Below, in pieces: positions 1 through 7,384 of a DNA stretch of 8,578 nt. Under the pieces are notes generated by a model. The model searched no databases. It had not been told where the DNA came from and worked only from the letters and a program-made list of their open reading frames with translations. Numbering within the stretch: the stretch's first letter is position 1; each line of letters opens with the position of its first letter. Source of the stretch: Octopus sinensis. Lineage: Eukaryota. Position numbers and translations under genes: made by a program. Where the stretch lies: the NCBI RefSeq assembly GCF_006345805.1, contig NW_021828416.1, positions 1 through 8,578 on the forward strand, written 5' to 3'.

Positions 1-60
1 TATAAAATCTCCACTGGATTAAATCTTACTGATGTGCAGTTCCTTACAGGTTTCTTCACA

Positions 61-283
61 TTGTTGTTGTTGTTATTATTACTATTATTATTATTATTAC
101 TATTATTATTATTATAACTATTATTATTATTATTATTATTAATAAAACTAAAACTAAAAGTAATAATAATAGTAAAAATAAAAATAAAGTAATAATAATA
201 ATAATAATAATAATACTAATACCAATAATAATAATAATAATACTAATACTAATAATAATAATAATAATCATAATAATAATAAT
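61..283. repeat. (TTA)n tract switching polarity to (TAA)n near 140, degenerate
   Basis: Direct reading: ttg/tta triplets at 61-140, then taa/aat triplets with aaaat/act variants at 141-283. Confidence 0.95.
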
Positions 284-307
284 AATATGAAGAAACTAGT
301 GAGGAAC

Positions 308-471
308 TATTATTATTATTATGAATAATAATAGAAATAAAAATAAAAATAAGAACGATAATAATAATAATAGTAATAATAAAAATAAAAATAAAAGTAA
401 TAATAATAATAATAATAATAATTATAATAATAATAATAATGATAATAATAATGATAATAATAATAATGATG

Positions 472-533
<62 letters not shown>
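308..533. repeat. Short (TTA)n followed by long (AAT)n microsatellite
   Basis: Direct reading; source of the poly-Asn and poly-Tyr/Leu ORFs in the track. Confidence 0.95.
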
Positions 534-534
<1 letters not shown>

Positions 535-1020
535 TAACAATGGTATGAACACTAAACAGAGGCTGAAATAGAAAATGAGAATTGAAATATCTTGTGGGAT
601 TTCCCCACAAACAGTGACCATACTATTGAAGCAAGAAGGACGGACATGATCATAGAGGACAAAATAAACAGCGTAAGATCATAGACTTTGCAATTCCCTA
701 TGATAGCAGAGTCAATAGCGAATAAATGGAAGTAATTGAGAAATATCAGGATCTAGCCAAAGAGCTGAGAAGACTGTGGAAGACCAAGACAGCAATTATT
801 ATTCCTGTAGGAGTTTGGCACAACACCCAAAATGAGTAGTTGTTAAAAAAAAGGGGGAAGTAAATTGGAGTTGAAACTCGCATTGTCGACTTGCGCAAAA
901 GTTCCATATATTCTATATTCTGCGAGAAGCATAAGAAAAGGTTGTTGAGATTTGAGGAGACTTGTTGCGAACGAAACTCAAGATAAAACATCTACTAACT
1001 AAATTGGCATACGCTAGCAT
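534..1020 (+). mobile_element. 5'-truncated R4/Dong/Rex6-like non-LTR retrotransposon (family A): decayed restriction-like endonuclease domain plus 3' UTR
   Basis: Frame +1 from 541 reads WYEH*TEAEIENEN*NILWDFPTNSDHTIEARRTDMIIEDK. After a frameshift, frame +3 from 675 reads KIIDFAIPYDSRVNSE*MEVIEKYQDLAKELRRLWKTKTAIIIPVG. Later pieces are IGVETRIVDLRKS and LYSARSIRK/VVEI* (stop 953-955). This matches the R4-clade RLE pattern ILWDF..RRPD..IID.A.P..EK.EKY.DL..LW..GALG..LQK..L..A..LRKVL as I recall it. Multiple stops and frameshifts. Confidence 0.88.
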
Positions 1021-1101
1021 AACAAGAAGAAGAATAACAACAACAACAATAATAATAATAATAATATAATAAAAATGATGATGATGATGATGGTAATAAT
1101 A
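1021..1101. repeat. (AAC)/(AAT)/(GAT)n compound microsatellite, tail of family A
   Basis: Direct reading. Confidence 0.9.
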
Positions 1102-1258
1102 ATACAGAAAATTGCACTACTGCGCACTGCACACATCCTACGCAAAATATTTTCAATACAGTAACCATCAGAGCATCGCAACAAATCACAGCACATACCC
1201 AAGGCACGCAGAGCTGCGATCGGTAGCGAAGTGAAAGCACCCTATAAAAATAAAACTA

Positions 1259-1261
<3 letters not shown>
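1102..1261 (+). mobile_element. Extremely 5'-truncated R4/Dong-like element (family B): last 20 codons plus 3' UTR
   Basis: 1102-1164 reads IQKIALLRTAHILRKIFSIQ*, the R4-type C-terminus (QK..LLGTA.ILRK.L). About 97 nt of UTR follows, ending directly in (AAT)n. Confidence 0.8.
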
Positions 1262-1320
<59 letters not shown>

Positions 1321-1333
1321 TGATAATAATAAT
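1262..1333. repeat. (AAT)n microsatellite
   Basis: Direct reading. Confidence 0.95.
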
Positions 1334-1510
1334 ACAGTTCTGTATTTAAGAGATGAGAAATTACGTACATTATTTACATTCGACGGATATTTGTCCTCAT
1401 CTTGTTTGTTGTTAAAGCAACCTTTCGCCTGATATACCCTCCAGCCTTCATCGGGAGTCTTGGGGGAATTTTCGAACCTGGGTTCTCATTCCTAAGGTAT
1501 TTTTTGATAT
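1334..1510 (-). mobile_element. 3' module of a short interspersed repeat carrying a degenerate hammerhead-like motif (Penelope-type terminal-repeat-like)
   Basis: A unique-sequence island between trinucleotide tracts. The minus strand contains CCGATGA-AGGCTG-GAGGGTATAT-CAGGC-GAAA-GGTT. It resembles an abundant Octopus repeat as I remember it (unverified). Confidence 0.6.
1411..1460 (-). ncRNA. Degenerate minimal type I hammerhead ribozyme relic, predicted inactive
   Basis: Core CCGAUGA at 1454-1448 (one change from CUGAUGA), stem II GGCUG/CAGGC (4 of 5 pairs), GAAA at 1426-1423, then GG-UU where a palindromic AACGUU stem III would sit. Stem I is only partly paired. Confidence 0.5.
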
Positions 1511-1568
1511 TGTTATTGTTGTTATCATCATCATCATCATCATCATTATATTATTATTATTATTATTA
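1511..1568. repeat. (TTG)/(ATC)/(ATT)n compound microsatellite
   Basis: Direct reading. Confidence 0.9.
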
Positions 1569-1802
1569 CTTTTTTTTTTCTTCTTTCAAATTTTCTTCCA
1601 TTTCTTGCCGAGTGTCTTCCCGACTCCTAGGGCAAAGAAACTCATAGTGTATATTGGTAGGCCATTAAACCAAACTCAGTAGTTCGTTCATTTAAAAAGT
1701 TAAATTAAAATACATGAGCAGCAACAGTTCTCACATCGACAACGCTCTTCTCAATACGTGTGATGTACCAGTTAAGACAATCTTTTGCACTTCTTGCAGG
1801 GC
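1569..1802 (-). mobile_element. 5'-truncated R4/Dong-like element (family C): last 22 codons plus 3' UTR
   Basis: Minus strand 1799-1731 reads LQEVQKIVLTGTSHVLRRALSM*, the same RLE C-terminal motif as families A and B but with a different sequence and a different 3' UTR. It ends in an A-run followed by (TAA)n on the element strand. Confidence 0.78.

Positions 1803-1846
<44 letters not shown>
1803..1846. repeat. (ATT)n microsatellite
   Basis: Direct reading. Confidence 0.95.
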
Positions 1847-1881
1847 TAGTCACTACCTGGACTCGAACTCGGAATCTTGGG
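1847..1881 (-). mobile_element. Inverted 3' half of the tRNA-derived head (B box retained)
   Basis: The reverse complement of 1841-1880 matches 1918-1957 at 33 of 40 positions. Intact B box GTTCGAGTCC at 1868-1859. Confidence 0.8.
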
Positions 1882-1952
1882 ATATGGCGTAGTGGTTAAG
1901 AGCGCAGCCTACTAAGCCCAAGATTCCAAGTACGATTCCAAGCAGTGACCTG
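1882..1952 (+). mobile_element. tRNA-derived (tRNA-Thr-like) SINE head with Pol III A and B boxes
   Basis: A box TGGCGTAGTGG at 1885-1895 and B-box variant GTACGATTCC at 1930-1939. GGTTAAGAGCGC..CTACTAA..AGATTCC..AGCAGTGACCT parallels eukaryotic tRNA-Thr(AGT) from memory. The anticodon stem does not pair, and (AAT)n follows directly. Confidence 0.75.
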
Positions 1953-1962
1953 AATAATAATA

Positions 1963-2009
<47 letters not shown>

Positions 2010-2076
2010 GTAATAATAATAGTAATAATAATAGTAATAATAATAATAATAATGATAATAATAATAATAATAATAA
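1953..2076. repeat. (AAT)n microsatellite
   Basis: Direct reading. Confidence 0.95.
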
Positions 2077-3339
2077 TGTCATATTAAGACATCAAAAAGG
2101 ATTACAAATAAAGAATGTGACTACCTAACCCACTTTGATTGCAAGACCAGCTACGTCTATGGTGTCCCAAAAATCCATAAGAATCAAACTATTAAGAATG
2201 CATGGAAAGAACCAACTTCAAGTTGCATACACAATATTCCACTGACGTTAAATTTAGATATGTTTCTGAAACCTACTCTAAAATACATACCAATTCTTGT
2301 GAGAGACGACCTGTACCTCCCAAAATCCATAAACAATAATACCGATATTTTATCTTTTGATGTGGTAAACCTATATACCACACTCCCACACCAATATGGA
2401 CTAGAGCCATTAAATTTCTGGCTTGAGAAATTCCTTCATAAAATTCCAGACAGAACTGAACAGAGTTTCGTCATTGAAGGATTAAAGTTTATCGTCGAAA
2501 ACAATTTCTTTGACTTCGATGGCAATATTTACAAACAAATATCTGGGACTGAGATGGGGATAAAAGTTGCTCCGATGCACACAAATCTAGTCATGGTATA
2601 CATAGAGATCCAGATATATGAACAACCTAATTAAATATATGGCTTGTACTTCCACAAAAATCGACTAGAAAACTAGAAACGTTACTTCGATGGCTGTCTA
2701 AACATATAGATGTACACATTAAAACAACTTATGGATTTCAAAAATCTAATCAACAGCATCAACAATAATATTAATCTTACCATGGAGTACAGTAAAACTC
2801 AACCACCATTCCTGAATATACTAATCATCAAAAGAGATAAAATCATTGAAACAGATATTCATTACAAACAAACAGATTCTAAACAATACTTTGTATTCTC
2901 CACATGACATCCCAAACACACAAATAATATCACCTTCAATCTAGCAAGAAGAACTTGCACAATTGTCTAAAACACTGGAACTCGCAAGAGAAGACTCCAG
3001 GATATAAAACAAGTACTATTTAAAAGACAATATCCATTAATGCTACTAGATAACAGAACAAAACGTGCCAAAGCAATAAATATCGGAGAACTACGAAAAA
3101 CGAAACACGCTCCAGATACATCCGATAATCTACCCTTTATTACAACACACAACCCAAGAAACACAGACATTTACAATATTATCCACCAAAACTTCGCACT
3201 ACTAAAACAAGACCCAAGAATGAAACAAGCATTCGAAATACACAAACTAATCAAAAGTAAAAGAAAATCAAAGTCCCTCAAAAAATTCCTACATTCTCTA
3301 CAAAAACTTCACAGAAAACATTCAGGGCATGGATTGTAA
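2077..3339 (+). pseudogene. Penelope-like element reverse transcriptase plus thumb/linker, 5'-truncated, GIY-YIG domain absent
   Basis: One frame (+1) carries YGVPKIHK, SFDVVNLYTTLP (motif A), YKQISGTEMGIKVAP (motif B), EN*KRYFDG (degenerate YxDD), NLTMEYSKTQPPFLNI, TDIHYKQTDSKQY, HPKHT, YP, LPFITTHNP and IKSKRKSKSLKKFL. These are typical PLE RT motifs. In-frame stops start at 2632, 2674, 2707, 2905 and 2968. Homology probably ends near 3290-3310. Confidence 0.92.
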
Positions 3340-3399
3340 GGCCTTGTTCAATCAACCGTGCCAGCCTTAACTTACTACGCCAAACATTGTCACTTGATA

Positions 3400-3700
3400 C
3401 TAACACACGGACGTAGGGGGGGGGGACCTACAACATTTTGTAAGACTAGTCATGTGACTATCCATTACCAATCAAACACTATTCAAAGCACATACTAATC
3501 TGAGCCATGAATTCTCTATAAAAACAGGGTAAACTTCAAACATTAGTCTGAAGGAAGTCACCTGCGACATAAGCCACGCCTTTCTATTTGAACCTTTTGA
3601 AAATCAGTGTAAACTTTGAAACCGGTTAAAGCTTCAAATGTTTTAATATCTCAGTGCATTTTCAACTTCTATTTTTCCTATATTTCTACCCGTGTGGAAT

Positions 3701-3703
<3 letters not shown>
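3400..3703 (+). mobile_element. Possible Penelope-type terminal repeat (pLTR) remnant
   Basis: Lies just downstream of the PLE RT. Ordered CCAAT (3468), TATAAAA (3517), CTGAAGGA (3548) to GAAACCGGTT (3618) and AATAAA (3698), then (TA)n. These motifs are short. Confidence 0.35.

Positions 3704-3770
<67 letters not shown>
3704..3770. repeat. (TA)n microsatellite
   Basis: Direct reading. Confidence 0.95.
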
Positions 3771-3771
<1 letters not shown>

Positions 3772-3880
3772 GCCTGCTCGCTTAGCCAGCGGGGTGGCGT
3801 CATTCGAAGGCTAAAACAATGTGAAGGCATTGTGACCAACGATGTGTAACTACATCTGATGGTCTGGTCGGTCACGTGAT

Positions 3881-3887
<7 letters not shown>
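3771..3887 (+). mobile_element. Structured 117-bp island in (TA)n, probably the 3' tail of a 5'-truncated SINE
   Basis: GC-rich island flanked by (TA)n on both sides, with several hairpins and a terminal 16-bp palindrome. It resembles the 3' end of an Octopus tRNA-SINE as I recall it (unverified). Confidence 0.5.
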
Positions 3888-3945
<58 letters not shown>

Positions 3946-4029
3946 ATATACTTTATAAAGCATATTACTCTACCACTGGTATTTAAGTGCTCTTTTTTCC
4001 ACCTTGTTTCACAGTTATGTGTTTACTCC

Positions 4030-4119
<90 letters not shown>

Positions 4120-4136
4120 AGTGTGTGTGTGTGTGT
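3888..4136. repeat. (TA)n tracts around an 80-bp island (3951-4031), then (TG)n
   Basis: Direct reading. Confidence 0.9.
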
Positions 4137-4333
4137 AAAGAGAGGTAGGTAGATAGATTAGATAGATAGATAGGTATATGCTTCCGTATAAAACAGTGCT
4201 ACACGAAATACTTAAATATGAAACACTTTTCTATTATAAACCTGTGAGTAATAATATAGTGTTTAATTTCATACATGACTGGAGAGTGTTAACTGCTAGT
4301 GACAGCAGTGTAAGATGGAAGAGAGAAATGATA

Positions 4334-4500
4334 TACTCTTTTCTACTCTAAGGCCTGGAATTTTGGGGGTGCCAGTCCATTAGAACGACACCAGTATGCA
4401 ACTGGTACTTAAGTTATCGACCCCAAAAGGATGAAAGGCAACGTCGACCTCGGCGGAATATAAACCTCAGAATGTAAAGACAGACGAAATACCGCTAAGC
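4334..4500 (-). mobile_element. tRNA-derived SINE, family 1 (head truncated, alternative 3' tail)
   Basis: The reverse complement gcttagcggtatttcgtctgtctttac..ccgccgaggtcgacgttgcctttcatccttttggggtcgataacttaagtaccagtt aligns with the copies at 7021-7130, 7201-7300 and 7411-7510 in this window. Confidence 0.88.
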
Positions 4501-4516
4501 GTACTAAAGTTTCTGG

Positions 4517-4970
4517 TATATATATATATATGTTGGTATATATATATGTTGAAATATAGATAGATTGAAAGACAGAACTAGATGTAGATAGATATAGGTA
4601 GATAGATTGATGGATAAATAGATTCATAGAGAGATATAGATATAAATAGTTGGATAAATATAAATATTTGCGGGGATGGATAGTTAAATAGACAGTTACA
4701 TAGATATGGATATAGATAGATGGATGAATGGATGAATAAATATTTTGATATCGACATAGTTAGATGAATGGTTATAGACTTAGAAAAAAAAACAAATGGA
4801 TAGATTGATAAATAGAGCGATGGATGGATGGATGGATAGATAGATAGAAAGACTAGACAGGAATCTAGGGAGAAACAGAGAGACGCAATGATTATTATCA
4901 TCATCATCGTAATCCTCCTCCTCATCATCATTATCATCATCGTCATCATTATCACTGTTATCGTCATCAT
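4517..4970. repeat. Degenerate (TA)/(GATA)/(GGAT)n followed by (ATC)/(ATT)n
   Basis: Direct reading. Confidence 0.85.
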
Positions 4971-5104
4971 CTACGTTCGCATGTTATGACCACCACAAAC
5001 CTTTCTGGAAATCAGACGAAAGACAATGTAATCCTTAGACGCACGGCACGTACAGAGCTGGCACGCTCCCGTTTACAGGTGCATGCGTTTGTATACGTGT
5101 CGTA

Positions 5105-5386
5105 ATGTATGTGTTCGTGTACATGTGTGTGTGTGTGTGAATGTGTGTATGTGTGGGGATGCTTAGGGAGTGAGAGAGAGAGAGACCGAAGGGGACACGA
5201 AGGGAGAGTGAGCGAAATATATTTTCGTTTGTAATAATTAAATATACGACAGGATATTTTGATGAAATTATGTGAACGTGTATGTATATATATACATGAA
5301 TGTATATGCATGCATACAAAAACACACACACAGACTCACATGTGTATACACACACACACACACACACACACACAGACTCACATGTG

Positions 5387-5426
<40 letters not shown>

Positions 5427-5824
5427 AATATGTACGCACACACAGTCACATGCATGCACTCACGTGTGCATACACATACGCTCATGCAGACTTATACATC
5501 TGTGAGTGCCTTCCGTACAACACCCTCATGCACTTACGCACACAGGGTACCGTACACACATACGCACACAGGTATGTGTGTGTGTGTATATAAATACACA
5601 TGTATATATATATATACACACATACACACACAAACACACACGCATATATATATATTCATATATCTATATATCTATATATACATACACATACACAAGTATA
5701 TATCTATATATATACACACACACATATATATATATATAGACGCACTCGCAAATGTATATATATAAATATATGTATGTGTGTGTGTGTGTGTGTGTGTGCG
5801 TGTGTGCGTGTGTGTGTGCGTGTG

Positions 5825-5855
<31 letters not shown>

Positions 5856-5960
5856 TTGTGTGTGTGTGCGTGTGTGTGTGTGTATATATGAACATATGCA
5901 GACGTACTACACACACACGCTCACTCGTACTCGCAGAGACACCTATACATAATATAAAAT
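5105..5960. repeat. Compound (GT)n/(GA)n/(CA)n/(TA)n low-complexity region
   Basis: Direct reading; includes two copies of cacagactcacatgtgtata(ca)n at about 5329-5420. Source of the His-Thr and Cys-Val ORFs. Confidence 0.92.
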
Positions 5961-6179
5961 ATTGATTTCTGATTTTGGCACAAGGCCAGTATCTCTGTTG
6001 TGAGGAAGGTATATCGATTTATTAACGGTGTTCTCGCTTGACTTATCCCCCCCATGTCCGACCTACACCATCAACACACCCTTCCCCACCATACTTTTCT
6101 GATATTTATTTCATCACCGCCCCCTTGAGATTCGAACTCTGCTCGCAAAACATATGTAAGTAAATAATTATTTATCTAC

Positions 6180-6323
6180 GCAGCGCATGTGTGGCTCCGT
6201 GATAAGAAGCTTGCTTCTCAACGACATGCTTTAGAGTTCAGTTCTACCGTGTGGCACCTTGGATAATTATCTTCTGCTTTCACCTAGGGCTACCTGTGTA
6301 GGTGGATTTCATAGACGGAAACT
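6180..6323 (+). mobile_element. tRNA-derived SINE, family 2, diverged 5' part
   Basis: gtggctccgtgataagaagc..gagttcagttct..ggcaccttggataattatcttctgct..agacggaaact aligns with 7705-7840 (ggcatcttgggcaagtttcttctact..ggatggaaact). Confidence 0.7.
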
Positions 6324-6734
6324 ATCTATCTATCTATCTATCTTTAATACAGAGAGTTGCTTATTTGCAAAAAAAAAAAAGACATATAACATGTGACTTC
6401 ATTGACCGAGATTACTGTGGTCTTTTCCGTAGGCTTTTCTTTCCACGGGTAAACCTCACCTGTCCCTCCCCCTTTACACTTCATATTGACATTTCTGTGA
6501 TAACGATCCCTATTGATCCAATTTTTTTTCTCCCCTTTTTTTATATCCCACCTTTTTTTTATATCCCCCCCTTTTTTGTCCTCTTTCTTTCCATTTACGA
6601 TCCCTTTTGATCGAAAACCAAACCCCCTTCTTTTACGCCCAAAAGAAAAGCTCTACCTTGTAATTTTGTCCTGTCTGTGTGCAGCCATGTGTGGCAAATA
6701 AAGAAACATATCTATCTATCTCTATATATATATC

Positions 6735-6870
6735 ACTAGAACTTAATTTATCGCTCCCGAAAAGATAAAAGACAAAGTCAACCTCGGGGGAAATTTGAAC
6801 TCAGAACTCAGTGACGGGCGAAATACTTTTTTTGTCCAACGTGCTCACGATACTGCCAGCTAACCGGCTT
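6735..6870 (-). mobile_element. tRNA-derived SINE, family 1: head and core present, 3' tail missing
   Basis: The reverse complement agctggcagtatcgtgagcacgttgg..gtatttcgcccgtc..gagttcaaatttccc..gaggttgactttgtcttttatcttttcggg..gataaattaagt matches 6990-7115. Confidence 0.85.
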
Positions 6871-6983
6871 CAGTGAGAGCAATAATAACAGCAATAGCGA
6901 TACGAATGGTGCCTCATTTGAAGAAATAAAGCAGAACACTCTGCCTAAAGCAAGAAAGGGTGGTGAATGAAAAGCAAGAAAAA

Positions 6984-7200
6984 GCGGCAAGCTGGCAGAA
7001 ACATTAGCACGTTGGGCGAAATGCTTGGCAGTATTTCGTCTGCCGTTACGTTATGAGTTCAAATTCCGCCGAGTTCGACTTTGCCTTTCATCCTTTCGGG
7101 GTCGATAAATTGAGTACCAGTTACGCACTGGGATCGATATGATCGACTTAATCCATTTGTCTCCTCTGTGTTTAGCCCCTTGTGAGTAGTAAAGAAATAC
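6984..7200 (+). mobile_element. SINE family 1, trimer monomer 1 (full head)
   Basis: A-box-like TGGCAGAAAC at about 6993 and B box GAGTTCAAATTCC at 7055-7067; core ttgcctttcatcctttcggggtcgataaat; tail gtttagccccttgtgagtagtaaagaaat. Confidence 0.9.
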
Positions 7201-7384
7201 GTATTTCGTCTGTCTTTATGTTCCGAGTTCAAATTCCGCCGAGGTCGACTTTGCCGTTCATCCTTTCGGGGTCGATAAATTAAGTACCAGTTACGCACTG
7301 GGGTCGATGTAATCGACTTCATCCGTTTGTCTGTCCTTGTTTGTCCCCTCTGTGTTTAGCCCCTTGTAGGCAGTAAAGAAATAA
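7201..7384 (+). mobile_element. SINE family 1, trimer monomer 2 (5'-truncated)
   Basis: Starts at gtatttcgtc (equivalent to 7031) and has the same B box, core and tail. Confidence 0.9.

Noticed and set aside
56-621. ORFs rich in Ile, Asn, Tyr or Leu
   Set aside because: They are translations of (AAT)n/(TTA)n in stop-free frames and carry no coding signal.
746-1240. Minus-strand ORFs 746..991, 995..1240 and 1014..1202
   Set aside because: They are antisense to recognisable RLE remnants and microsatellite.
1882-1952. Functional tRNA gene
   Set aside because: The anticodon and acceptor stems do not pair, the B box is mutated, and it runs into (AAT)n with no oligo-T terminator. It is better explained as a SINE head.
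2260-3339. Three separate intact genes (124, 65 and 99 aa ORFs)
   Set aside because: They are stop-delimited pieces of one decayed PLE RT frame, with catalytic YxDD changed to YFDG.
3771-3815. HDV-like ribozyme on the minus strand (GCC-ACCCCGCU-GGC resembles P3/L3)
   Set aside because: I could not build P1, P1.1 or P2 pairings.
4971-5104. Possible host exon in CpG-richer unique sequence (acceptor-like ctcccgtttacag|g near 5088)
   Set aside because: There is no matching donor, no recognisable peptide, and the sequence runs straight into (GT)n.
5012-5965. Long His-Thr and Cys-Val ORFs (up to 168 aa)
   Set aside because: They are dinucleotide-repeat artefacts.
5968-6140. Very old minus-strand SINE family 1 copy (ttttggcacaaggccag ... 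attcgaactc)
   Set aside because: Only short, separated matches, partly to a remembered consensus; too weak to call.
6302-6701. ORFs 6302..6610 and 6513..6701; possible GIY-YIG C-terminal remnant (YRELLICK)
   Set aside because: Low complexity, and the motif is too short to be significant.
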